A stretch of 64,000 nucleotides of DNA from Eledone cirrhosa (Eukaryota), in assembly GCA_964016885.1 (NCBI GenBank), contig OZ024760.1, positions 2,542,001 to 2,606,000 on the forward strand, in the 5' to 3' direction. Of this stretch, positions 46,501 through 61,500 are shown piece by piece; positions within the stretch are counted from its first letter, which is position 1, and each line of letters begins with the position of its first letter. The position numbers and the translations under genes are program-made. Under the pieces are notes generated by a model. It had not been told where the DNA came from. It searched no databases and was given only the letters and a program-made list of their open reading frames with translations.

Positions 46501-49500
46501 ATATAAACTACTTCTAAAAACCCTCTCTAGTATCACATATAAATTACTTCTAAAACCCTTCTCTAGCATCACATATAAACTACTTCTAAAAACACTCTCT
46601 AGTATCACATATAAACTACTTCTAAAAACCCTCTCTAGCATCACATATAAACTACTTCTAAAACCCGTCTCTAGCATCACATATAAACTACTTCTAAAAC
46701 CCCTCTCTATATTCTCTCTAGCATCTCATATAAACTACTTCTAAAACCCCTTTCTAGCATCACATATAAACTACTTCTAAAACCCCTCTCTAGCATCACA
46801 TATAAACTACTTCTAAAACCCCTCTCTATACTCTCTTTGGCATCACATATAAACTACTTCTAAAACCCCTCTCTATACTCTCTCTAGCATCACATATAAA
46901 CTACTTCTAAAACCTCTCTCTAGCATCACATATAAAGTACTTCTATAACCCCTCTCTATACTCTCTCTAGCATCTCATATAAACTACTTCTAAAAACCCT
47001 CCCTATATTCTCTCTAGCATCTCATATAAACTACTGCTAAAAACCCTCTCTATATTCTCTCTAGCAACACATATAAACTATTTCTAAAAACTCTCTCTAG
47101 CATCACATATAAAGTACTTCTAAAAACCCTCTCTATACTCTCTCTAGCATCTCATATAAACTACTTCTAAAAACCCTCTCTATACTCTCTCTAGCAACAC
47201 ATATAAACTACTTCTAAAAACCCTCTCTAGCATTACATATAAACTACTTCTAAAAACCCTGTATATATTCTCGCTAGCATCTTATATAAACTACTTCTAA
47301 AAACCCTCTCTATACTCTCTCTAGCAACACATATAAACTACTTCAAAAACCCCTCTCTAGCATCACATATAAACTACTTCTAAAAACCCGTCTCTAGCAT
47401 CACATATAAACTACTTCTAAAAACCCGTCACTAGCATCACATATAAACTACTTCTAAAAACCCCTCTCTAGCATCACATATAAACTACTTCTAAAAACCC
47501 TCTCTATACTCTCTCTAGCATCACATATAAACTACTTCTAAAACCCCTCTCTATACTCTCTCTAGCATCACATATAAACAACTTCTAAAAACCCTCTCTA
47601 GCATCACATATAAACTACTTCTAAAAACCCGTCTCTAGCATCACATATAAACTACTTCTAAAAACCCGTCACTAGCATCACATATAAACTACTTCTAAAA
47701 ACCCCTCTCTAGCATCACATATAAACTACTTCTAAAAACCCTCTCTATACTCTCTCTAGCATCACATAAAAACTACTTCTAAAACCCCTCTCTAGCATCA
47801 CATATAAACTACTTCTAAAACCCTCTCTATACTCTCTCTAGCATCACATATAAACTACTTCTAAAACCCCTCTCTAGCATCACATATAAACTACTTCTAA
47901 AACCCCTCTCTAGCATCACATATAAACTACTCCTAAAAACCCTTTCTAGCATCACATATAAACTACTTCTAAAAACCCTCTCTATACTCTCTCTAGCATC
48001 TCATATAAACTACTTCTAAAAACCCGTCTCTAACATCACATATAAACTACTTCTAAAACCCCTCTCTAGCATCACATATAAACTACTTCTAAAACCCCTC
48101 TCTAGCATGTCATATAAACTACTTCTAAAAACCCTCTCTAGCATCACATATAAACTACTTCTAAAAACCCGTCTCTAACATCACATATAAACTACTTCTA
48201 AAACCCCTCTCTAGCATCACATATAAACTACTTCTAAAACCCCTCTCTAGCATCACATATAAACTACTTCTAAAACCCCTTTCTAGCATCACATATAAAC
48301 TACTTCTAAAAACCCTCTCTAGCATCTCATATAAACTACTTCTAAAACCCGTCTCTAGCATCACATATAAACAACTTCTAAAACCCGTCTCTAGCATCAC
48401 ATATAAACTACTTCTAAAACCCCTTTCTAGCATCACATATAAACTACTTCTAAAACCCCTCTCTAGCATCACATATAAACTACTTCTAAAACCCCTCTCT
48501 AGCATCACATATAAACTACTTCTAAAACCCGTCTCTAGCATCACATATAAACTACATCTAAAACCCCTTTCTAGCATCACATATAAACTACTTCTAAAAC
48601 CCCTCTCTAGCATCACATATAAACTACTTCTAAAACCCCTTTCTAGCATCACATATAAACTACTTCTAAAAACCCTCTCTAGCATCTCATATAAACTACT
48701 TCTAAAACCCGTCTCTAGCATCACATATAAACTACTTCTAAAACCCGTCTCTAGCATCACATATAAACTACTTCTAAAAACCCTTTCTAGCATCACATAT
48801 AAACTACTTCTAAAACCCCTCTCTAGCATCACATATAAACTACTTCTAAAACCCCTTTCTAGCATCACATATAAACTACTTTTAAAAACCCTCTCTAGTA
48901 TCACATATAAACTACTTCTAAAACCCCTTTCTAGCATCACATATAAACTACTTCTAAAACCCCTCTCTAGCATCACATATAAACTACTTCTAAAACCCCT
49001 TTCTAGCATCACATATAAACTACTTCTAAAAACCCTCTCTAGTATCACATATAAATTACTTCTAAAACCCGTCTCTAGCATCACATATAAACTACTTCTA
49101 AAAACACTCTCTAGTATCACATATAAACTACTTCTAAAAACCCTCTCTAGCATCACATATAAACTACTTCTAAAACCCCTTTCTAGCATCACATATAAAC
49201 TACTTCTAAAAACCCTCTCTAGCATCTCATATAAACTACTTCTAAAACCCGTCTCTAGCATCACATATAAACTACTTCTAAAACCCGTCTCTAGCATCAC
49301 ATATAAACTACTTCTAAAAACCCTTTCTAGCATCACATATAAACTACTTCTAAAACCCCTCTCTAGCATCACATATAAACTACTTCTAAAACCCCTTTCT
49401 AGCATCACATATAAACTACTTCTAAAAACCCTCTCTAGTATCACATATAAACTACTTCTAAAACCCCTTTCTAGCATCACATATAAACTACTTCTAAAAC

Positions 49501-52500
49501 CCCTCTCTAGCATCACATATAAACTACTTCTAAAACCCCTTTCTAGCATCACATATAAACTACTTCTAAAAACCCTCTCTAGTATCACATATAAATTACT
49601 TCTAAAACCCTTCTCTAGCATCACATATAAACTACTTCTAAAAACACTCTCTAGTATCACATATAAACTACTTCTAAAAACCCTCTCTAGCATCACATAT
49701 AAACTACTTCTAAAACCCGTCTCTAGCATCACATATAAACTACTTCTAAAACCCCTCTCTATATTCTCTCTAGCATCTCATATAAACTACTTCTAAAACC
49801 CCTTTCTAGCATCACATATAAACTACTTCTAAAACCCCTCTCTAGCATCACATATAAACTACTTCTAAAACCCCTCTCTATACTCTCTTTGGCATCACAT
49901 ATAAACTACTTCTAAAACCCCTCTCTATACTCTCTCTAGCATCACATATAAACTACTTCTAAAACCTCTCTCTAGCATCACATATAAAGTACTTCTATAA
50001 CCCCTCTCTATACTCTCTCTAGCATCTCATATAAACTACTTCTAAAAACCCTCCCTATATTCTCTCTAGCATCTCATATAAACTACTGCTAAAAACCCTC
50101 TCTATATTCTCTCTAGCAACACATATAAACTATTTCTAAAAACTCTCTCTAGCATCACATATAAAGTACTTCTAAAAACCCTCTCTATACTCTCTCTAGC
50201 ATCTCATATAAACTACTTCTAAAAACCCTCTCTATACTCTCTCTAGCAACACATATAAACTACTTCTAAAAACCCTCTCTAGCATTACATATAAACTACT
50301 TCTAAAAACCCTGTATATATTCTCGCTAGCATCTTATATAAACTACTTCTAAAAACCCTCTCTATACTCTCTCTAGCAACACATATAAACTACTTCAAAA
50401 ACCCCTCTCTAGCATCACATATAAACTACTTCTAAAAACCCGTCTCTAGCATCACATATAAACTACTTCTAAAAACCCGTCACTAGCATCACATATAAAC
50501 TACTTCTAAAAACCCCTCTCTAGCATCACATATAAACTACTTCTAAAAACCCTCTCTATACTCTCTCTAGCATCACATATAAACTACTTCTAAAACCCCT
50601 CTCTATACTCTCTCTAGCATCACATATAAACAACTTCTAAAAACCCTCTCTAGCATCACATATAAACTACTTCTAAAAACCCGTCTCTAGCATCACATAT
50701 AAACTACTTCTAAAAACCCGTCACTAGCATCACATATAAACTACTTCTAAAAACCCCTCTCTAGCATCACATATAAACTACTTCTAAAAACCCTCTCTAT
50801 ACTCTCTCTAGCATCACATAAAAACTACTTCTAAAACCCCTCTCTAGCATCACATATAAACTACTTCTAAACCCTCTCTATACTCTCTCTAGCATCACAT
50901 ATAAACTACTTCTAAAACCCCTCTCTAGCATCACATATAAACTACTTCTAAAACCCCTCTCTAGCATCACATATAAACTACTCCTAAAAACCCTTTCTAG
51001 CATCACATATAAACTACTTCTAAAAACCCTCTCTATACTCTCTCTAGCATCTCATATAAACTACTTCTAAAAACCCGTCTCTAACATCACATATAAACTA
51101 CTTCTAAAACCCCTCTCTAGCATCACATATAAACTACTTCTAAAACCCCTCTCTAGCATGTCATATAAACTACTTCTAAAAACCCTCTCTAGCATCACAT
51201 ATAAACTACTTCTAAAAACCCGTCTCTAACATCACATATAAACTACTTCTAAAACCCCTCTCTAGCATCACATATAAACTACTTCTAAAACCCCTCTCTA
51301 GCATCACATATAAACTACTTCTAAAACCCCTTTCTAGCATCACATATAAACTACTTCTAAAAACCCTCTCTAGCATCTCATATAAACTACTTCTAAAACC
51401 CGTCTCTAGCATCACATATAAACAACTTCTAAAACCCGTCTCTAGCATCACATATAAACTACTTCTAAAACCCCTTTCTAGCATCACATATAAACTACTT
51501 CTAAAACCCCTCTCTAGCATCACATATAAACTACTTCTAAAACCCCTCTCTAGCATCACATATAAACTACTTCTAAAACCCGTCTCTAGCATCACATATA
51601 AACTACATCTAAAACCCCTTTCTAGCATCACATATAAACTACTTCTAAAACCCCTCTCTAGCATCACATATAAACTACTTCTAAAACCCCTTTCTAGCAT
51701 CACATATAAACTACTTCTAAAAACCCTCTCTAGCATCTCATATAAACTACTTCTAAAACCCGTCTCTAGCATCACATATAAACTACTTCTAAAACCCGTC
51801 TCTAGCATCACATATAAACTACTTCTAAAAACCCTTTCTAGCATCACATATAAACTACTTCTAAAACCCCTCTCTAGCATCACATATAAACTACTTCTAA
51901 AACCCCTTTCTAGCATCACATATAAACTACTTTTAAAAACCCTCTCTAGTATCACATATAAACTACTTCTAAAACCCCTTTCTAGCATCACATATAAACT
52001 ACTTCTAAAACCCCTCTCTAGCATCACATATAAACTACTTCTAAAACCCCTTTCTAGCATCACATATAAACTACTTCTAAAAACCCTCTCTAGTATCACA
52101 TATAAATTACTTCTAAAACCCGTCTCTAGCATCACATATAAACTACTTCTAAAAACACTCTCTAGTATCACATATAAACTACTTCTAAAAACCCTCTCTA
52201 GCATCACATATAAACTACTTCTAAAACCCGTCTCTAGCATCACATATAAACTACTTCTAAAACCCCTCTCTAGCATTGCATATAAACTACTTCTAAAACC
52301 CGTCTCTAGCATCACATATAAACTACTTCTAAAACCCCTCTCTATATTCTCTCTAGCATCTCATATAAACTACTTCTAAAACCCCTTTCTAGCATCACAA
52401 ATAAACTACTTCTAAAACCCCTCTCTAGCATCACATATAAACTACTTCTAAAACCCCTCTCTATACTCTCTTTAGCATCACATATAAACTACTTCTAAAA

Positions 52501-55500
52501 CCCCTCTCTATACTCTCTCTAGCATCACATATAAACTACTTCTAAAACCTCTCTCTAGCATCACATATAAAGTACTTCTATAACCCCTCTCTATACTCTC
52601 TCTAGCATCACATATAAACAACTTCTATAACCCCTCTCTATACTCTCTCTAGCATCTCATATAAACTACTTCTAAAAACCCTCTCTATATTCTCTCTAGC
52701 ATCTCATATAAACTACTGCTAAAAACCCTCTCTATATTCTCTCTAGCAACACATATAAACTATTTCTAAAAACTCTCTCTAGCATCACATATAAAGTACT
52801 TCTAAAAACCCTCTCTATACTCTCTCTAGCATCTCATATAAACTACTTCTAAAAACCCTCTCTATACTCTCTCTAGCAACACATATAAACTACTTCTAAA
52901 AACCCTCTCTAGCATTACATATAAACTACTTCTAAAAACTCTGTATATATTCTCTCTAGCATCTTATATAAACTACTTCTAAAAACCCTCTCTATACTCT
53001 CTCTAGCAACACATATAAACTACTTCAAAAACCCCTCTCTAGCATCACATATAAACTACTTCTAAAACCCCTCTCTATACTCTCTCTAGCATCACATATA
53101 AACTACTTCTAAAACCCCTCTCTATACTCTCTCTAGCATCACATATAAACAACTTCTAAAAACCCTCTCTAGCATCACATATAAACTACTTCTAAAAACC
53201 CGTCTCTAGCATCACATATAAACTACTTCTAAAAACCCGTCACTAGCATCACATATAAACTACTTCTAAAAACCCCTCTCTAGCATCACATATAAACTAC
53301 TTCTAAAAACCCTCTCTATACTCTCTCTAGCATCACATATAAACTACTTCTAAAACCCCTCTCTAGCATCACATATAAACTACTTCTAAAACCCTCTCTA
53401 TACTCTCTCTAGCATCACATATAAACTACTTCTAAAACCCCTCTCTAGCATCACATATAAACTACTTCTAAAACCCCTCTCTAGCATCACATATAAACTA
53501 CTCCTAAAAACCCTTTCTAGCATCACATATAAACTACTTCTAAAAACCCTCTCTATACACTCTCTAGCATCTCATATAAACTACTTCTAAAAACCCGTCT
53601 CTAACATCACATATAAACTACTTCTAAAACCCCTCTCTAGCATCACATATAAACTACTTCTAAAACCCCTCTCTAGCATGTCATATAAACTACTTCTAAA
53701 AACCCTCTCTAGCATCACATATAAACTACTTCTAAAAACCCGTCTCTAACATCACATATAAACTACTTCTAAAACCCCTCTCTAGCATCACATATAAACT
53801 ACTTCTAAAACCCCTCTCTAGCATCACATATAAACTACTTCTAAAAACCCTCTCTAGCATCACATATAAACTACTTCTAAAAACCCTCTCTAACATCACA
53901 TATAAACTACTTCTAAAACGCCTCTCTATACTCTCTCTAGCATCTCATATAAACTACTTCTAAAACCCCTCTCTAGCATCACATATAAACTACTTCTAAA
54001 ACCCGTCTCTAGCATCACATATAAACTACTTCTAAAACCCCTTTCTAGCATCACATATAAACTACTTCTAAAACCCGTCTCTAGCATCACATATAAACTA
54101 CTTCTAAAACCCGTCTCTAGCATCACATATAAACTACTTCTAAAACCCGTCTCTAGCATCACATATAAACTACTTCTAAAACCCCTTTCTAGCATCACAT
54201 ATAAACTACTTCTAAAACCCCTCTCTAGCATCACATATAAACTACTTCTAAAACCCCTTTCTAGCATCACATATAAACTACTTCTAAAAACCCTCTCTAG
54301 TATCACATATAAATTACTTCTAAAACCCGTCTCTAGCATCACATATAAACTACTTCTAAAACCCCTCTCTATACTCTCTCTAGCATCACATATAAACTAC
54401 TTCTAAAAACCCTCTCTAGCATCACGTATAAACTACTTCTAAAAACACACTCTAGCATCACATATAAACTACTTCTAAAACCCCTCTCTAGCATCACATA
54501 TAAACTACTTCTAAAAACACTCTCTAGTATCACATATAAACTATTTCTAAAAACCCTCTCTAGCATCACATATAAACTACTTCTAAAACCCCTTTCTAGC
54601 ATCACATATAAACTACTTCTAAAACCCCTCTCTAGCATTGCATATAAACTACTTCTAAAACCCGTCTCTAGCATCACATATAAACTACTTCTAAAAACCC
54701 TCTCTTTATTCTCTCTAGCATCTCATATAAACTACTTCTAAAAACCCGTCTCTAACATCACATATAAACTACTTCTAAAACCCCTCTCTAGCATCAGATA
54801 TAAACTACTTCTAAAACCCCTCTCTAGCATCACATATAAACTACTTCTAAAAACCCTCTCTAGCATCACATATAAACTACTTCTAAAAACCCTCTCTAGC
54901 ATCACATATAAACTACTTCTAAAACCCCTCTCTATACTCTCTCTAGCATCTCATATAAACTACTTCTAAAACCCCTCTCTAGCATCACATATAAACTACT
55001 TCTAAAACCCGTCTCTAGCATCACATATAAACTACTTCTAAAACCCCTTTCTAGAATCACATATAAACTACTTCTAAAACCCCTCTCTAGCATCACATAT
55101 AAACTACTTCTAAAACCCGTCTCTAGCATCACATATAAACTACTTCTAAAACCCGTCTCTAGCATCACATATAAACTACTTCTAAAACCCCTTTCTAGCA
55201 TCACATATAATCTACTTCTAAAACCCCTCTCTAGCATCACATATAAACTACTTCTAAAACCCCTTTCTAGCATCACATATAAACTACTTCTAAAAACCCT
55301 CTCTAGTATCACATATAAATTACTTCTAAAACCCGTCTCTAGCATCACATATAAACTACTTCTAAAACCCCTCTCTATACTCTCTCTAGCATCACATATA
55401 AACTACTTCTAAAAACCCTCTCTAGCATCACGTATAAACTACTTCTAAAAACACTCTCTAGCATCACATATAAACTACTTCTAAAACCCCTCTCTAGCAT

Positions 55501-58500
55501 CACATATAAACTACTTCTAAAAACACTCTCTAGTATCACATATAAACTACTTCTAAAAACCCTCTCTAGCATCACATATAAAGTACTTCTATAACCCCTC
55601 TCTATACTCTCTCTAGCATCACATATAAACTACTTCTATAACCCTCTCTATATTCTCTCTAGCATCTCATATAAACTACTGCTAAAAACCCTCTCTATAT
55701 TCTCTCTAGCAACACATATAAACTATTTCTAAAAACTCTCTCTAGCATCACATATAAAGTACTTCTAAAACCCCTCTCTATACTCTCTCTAGCATCTCAT
55801 ATAAACTACTTCTAAAAACCCTCTCTATATTCTCTCTAGCATCTCATATAAACTACTGCTAAAAACCCTCTCTATATTCTCTCTAGCAACACATATAAAC
55901 TATTTCTAAAAACTCTCTCTAGCATCACATATAAAGTACTTCTAAAAACCCTCTCTATACTCTCTCTAGCATCTCATATAAACTACTTCTAAAAACCCTC
56001 TCTATACTCTCTCTAGCAACACATATAAACTACTTCTAAAAACCCTCTCTAGCATTACATATAAACTACTTCTAAAAACCCTGTATATATTCTCTCTAGC
56101 ATCTTATATAAACTACTTCTAAAAACCCTCTCTATACTCTCTCTAGCAACACATATAAACTACTTCAAAAACCCCTCTCTAGCATCACATATAAACTACT
56201 TCTAAAACCCCTCTCTATACTCTCTCTAGCATCACATATAAACTACTTCTAAAACCCCTCTCTATACTCTCTCTAGCATCACATATAAACAACTTCTAAA
56301 AACCCTCTCTAGCATCACATATAAACTACTTCTAAAAACCCGTCTCTAGCATCACATATAAACTACTTCTAAAAACCCGTCACTAGCATCACATATAAAC
56401 TACTTCTAAAAACCCCTCTCTAGCATCACATATAAACTACTTCTAAAAACCCTCTCTATACTCTTTCTAGCATCACATATAAACTACTTCTAAAACCCCT
56501 CTCTAGCATCACATATAAACTACTTCTAAAACCCTCTCTATACTCTCTCTAGCATCACATATAAACTACTTCTAAAACCCCTCTCTAGCATCACATATAA
56601 ACTACTTCTAAAACCCCTCTCTAGCATCACATATAAACTACTCCTAAAAACCCTTTCTAGCATCACATATAAACTACTTCTAAAACCCTCTCTATACTCT
56701 CTCTAGCATCTCATATAAACTACTTCTAAAAACCCGTCTCTAACATCACATATAAACTACTTCTAAAACCCCTCTCTAGCATCACATATAAACTACTTCT
56801 AAAACCCCTCTCTAGCATGTCATATAAACTACTTCTAAAAACCCTCTCTAGCATCACATATAAACTACTTCTAAAAACCCGTCTCTAACATCACATATAA
56901 ACTACTTCTAAAACCCCTCTCTAGCATCACATATAAACTACTTCTAAAACCCCTCTCTAGCATCACATATAAACTACTTCTAAAAACCCTCTCTAGCATC
57001 ACATATAATCTACTTCTAAAAACCCTCTCTAACATCACATATAAACTACTTCTAAAACCCCTCTCTAGCATCACATATAAACTACTTCTAAAACCCGTCT
57101 CTAGCATCACATATAAACTACTTCTAAAACCCGTCTCTAGCATCACATATAAACTACTTCTAAAACCCCTCTCTAGCATCACATATAAACTACTTCTAAA
57201 ACCCCTTTCTAGCATCACATATAAACTACTTCTAAAACCCCTCTCTATACTCTCCCTAACATCACATATAAACTACTTCTAAAACCCCTCTCTAGCATCA
57301 CATATAAACTACTTCTAAAACCCGTCTCTAGCATCACATATAAACTACTTCTAAAACCCGTCTCTAGCATCACATATAAACTACTTCTAAAACCCCTCTC
57401 TAGCATCACATATAAACTACTTCTAAAACCCCTTTCTAGCATCACATATAAACTACTTCTAAAAACCCTCTCTAGTATCACATATAAATTACTTCTAAAA
57501 CCCGTCTCTAGCATCACATATAAACTACTTCTAAAACCCCTCTCTATACTCTCTCTAGCATCACATATAAACTACTTCTAAAAACCCTCTCTAGCATCAC
57601 GTATAAACTACTTCTAAAAACACACTCTAGCATAACATATAAACTACTTCTAAAACCCCTCTCTAGCATCACATATAAACTACTTCTAAAAACACTCTCT
57701 AGTATCACATATAAACTACTTCTAAAAACCCTCTCTAGCATCACATATAAACTACTTCTAAAACCCGTCTCTAGCATCACATATAAACTACTTCTAAAAC
57801 CCCTCTCTAGCATTGCATATAAACTACTTCTAAAACCCGTCTCTAGCATCACATATAAACTACTTCTAAAAACCCTCTCTAGCATCTCATATAAACTACT
57901 TCTAAAAACCCGTCTCTAACATCACATATTAACTACTTCTAAAACCCCTCTCTAGCATCACATATAAACTACTTCTAAAACCCCTCTCTAGCATCACATA
58001 TAAACTACTTCTAAAAACCCTCTCTAGCATCACATATAAACTACTTCTAAAAACCCTCTCTAGCATCACATATAAACTACTTCTAAAACCCCTCACTAGC
58101 ATCACATATAAACTACTTCTAAAACCCCTTTCTAGCATCACATATAAACTACTTCTAAAACCCCTCACTAGCATCACATATAAACTACTTCTAAAACCCC
58201 TTTCTAGCATCACATATAAACTACTTCTAAAACCCCTCTCTATACTCTCTCTAGCATCACATATAAACTACTTCTAAAACCCCTCTCTAGCATCACATAT
58301 AAACTACTTCTAAAACCCCTTTCTAGCATCACATATAAACTACTTCTAAAACCCCTCTCTATACTCTCTTTAGCATCACATATAAACTACTTCTAAAACC
58401 CCTTTCTAGCATCACATATAAACTACTTCTAAAACCCCTCTCTATACTCTCTCTAGCATCACATATAAACTACTTCTAAAACCTCTCTCTAGCATCACAT

Positions 58501-61500
58501 ATAAAGTACTTCTAAAACCCCTTTCTAGCATCACATATAAACTACTTCTAAAACCCCTCTCTATACTCTCTCTAGCATCACATATAAACTACTTCTAAAA
58601 CCCCTCTCTAGCATCACATATAAACTACTTCTAAAACCCCTTTCTAGCATCACATATAAACTACTTCTAAAACCCCTCTCTATACTCTCTTTAGCATCAC
58701 ATATAAACTACTTCTAAAACCCCTTTCTAGCATCACATATAAACTACTTCTAAAACCCCTCTCTATACTGTCTCTAGCATCACATATAAACTACTTCTAA
58801 AACCCCTCTCTAACATCACATATAAACTACTTCTAAAACCCCTCTCTATACTCTCTCTAGCATCACATATAAAGTACTTCTATAACCCCTCTCTATACTG
58901 TCTCTAGCATCACATATAAACTACTTCTAAAACCCCTCTCTAGCATCACATATAAACTACTTCTAAAACCCCTCTCTAGCATCACATATAAACTACTTCT
59001 AAAACCCCTCTCTAGCATCACATATAAACTACTTCTAAAAACCCGTCTCTGGCATCACATATAAACTACTTCTAAAAACCCGTCACTAGCATCACATATA
59101 AACTACTTCTAAAAACCCCTCTCTAGCATCACATATAAACTACTTCTAAAAACCCTCTCTATACTCTCTCTAGCATCACATATAAACTACTTCTAAAACC
59201 CTCTCTATACTCTCTCTAGCATCACATATAAACTACTTCTAAAACCCCTCTCTAGCATCACATATAAACTACTTCTAAAACCCCTCTCTAGCATCACATA
59301 TAAACTACTCCTAAAAACCCTCTTTAGCATCACATATAAACTACTTCTAAAAACCCTCTCTATACTCTCTCTAGCATCTCATATAAACTACTTCTAAAAA
59401 CCCGTCACTAACATCACATATAAACTACTTCTAAAACCCCTCTCTAGCATCACATATAAACTTCTTCTAAAACCCCTCTCTAGCATGTCATATAAACTAC
59501 TTCTAAAAACCCTCTCTAGCATCACATATAAACTACTTCTAAAAACCCGTCTCTAACATCACATATAAACTACTTCTAAAACCCCTCTCTAGCATCACAT
59601 ATAAACTACTTCTAAAACCCCTCTCTAGCATCACATATAAACTACTTCTAAAAACCCTCTCTAGCATCACATATAAACTACTTCTAAAAACCCTCTCTAG
59701 CATCACATATAAACTACTTCTAAAACCCCTCTCTATACTCTCTCTAGCATCTCATATAAACTACTTCTAAAACCCCTCTCTAGCATCACATATAAACTAC
59801 TTCTAAAATCCGTCTCTAGCATCACATATAAACTACTTCTAAAACCCCTTTCTAGCATCACATATAAACTACTTCTAAAACCCCTCTCTAGCATCACATA
59901 TAAACTACTTCTAAATCCCCTTTCTAGCATCACATATAAACTACTTCTAAAAACCCTCTCTAGCATCCCATATAAACTACTTCTAAAACCCCTTTCTAGT
60001 ATCACATATAAACTACTTCTAAAAACCCTCTCTAGCATCACATATAAACTACTTCTAAAACCCCTCTCTAGCATCACATATAAACTACTTCTAAAACCCG
60101 TCTCTAGCATCACATATAAACTACTTCTAAAACCCGTCTCTAGCATCACATATAAACTACTTCTAAAACCCCTTTCTAGCATCACATATAAACTACTTCT
60201 AAAACCCCTCTCTAGCATCACATATAAACTACTTCTAAAACCCCTTTCTAGCATCACATATAAACTAATTTTAAAAACCCTCTCTAGCATCTCATATAAA
60301 CTACTTCTAAAACCCGTCTCTAGCATCACATATAAACTACTTCTAAAACCCGTCTCTAGCATCACATATAAACTACTTCTAAAACCCCTTTCTAGCATCA
60401 CATATAAACTACTTCTAAAACCCCTCTCTAGCATCACATATAAACTACTTCTAAAACCCCTTTCTAGCATCACATATAAACTACTTCTAAAAACCCTCTC
60501 TAGTATCACATATAAACTACTTCTAAAACACCTTTCTAGCATCACATATAAACTACTTCTAAAACCCCTCTCTAGCATCGCATATAAACTACTTCTAAAA
60601 CCCCTTTCTAGCATCACATATAAACTACTTCTAAAAACCCTCTCTAGTATCACATATAAATTACTTCTAAAACCCGTCTCTAGCATCACATATAAACTAC
60701 TTCTAAACCCCTCTCTATACTCTCTCTAGCATCACATATAAACTACTTCTAAAAACCCTCTCTAGTATCACATATTAACTACTTCTAAAAACCCTCTCTA
60801 GCATCACATATAAACTACTTCTAAAACCCGTCTCTAGCATCACATATAAACTACTTCTAAAACCCCTCTCTAGCATCACATATAAACTACTTCTAAAACC
60901 CCTCTCTAGCATTGCATATAAACTACTTCTAAAACCCGTCTCTAGCATCACATATAAACTACTTCTAAAACCCCTCTCTATATTCTCTCTAGCATCTCAT
61001 ATAAACTACTTCTAAAACCCCTTTCTAGCATCACATATAAACTACTTCTAAAACCCTCTCTAGCATCACATATAAACTACTTCTAAAACCCGTCTCTAGC
61101 ATCACATATAAACTACTTCTAAAACCCCTCTCTAGCATTGCATATAAACTACTTCTAAAACCCGTCTCTAGCATCACTTATAAACTACTTCTAAAACCCC
61201 TCTCTATATTCTCTCTAGCATCTCATATAAACTACTTCTAAAACCCCTCTCTAGCATCACATATAAACTACTTCTAAAAACACTCTCTAGTATCACATAT
61301 AAACTACTTCTAAAAACCCTCTCTAGCATCACATATAAACTACTTCTAAAACCCGTCTCTAGCATCACATATAAACTACTTCTAAAACCCCTCTCTAGCA
61401 TTGCATATAAACTACTTCTAAAACCCGTCTCTAGCATCACATATAAACTACTTCTAAAACCCCTCTCTATACTCTCTTTAGCATCACATATAAACTACTT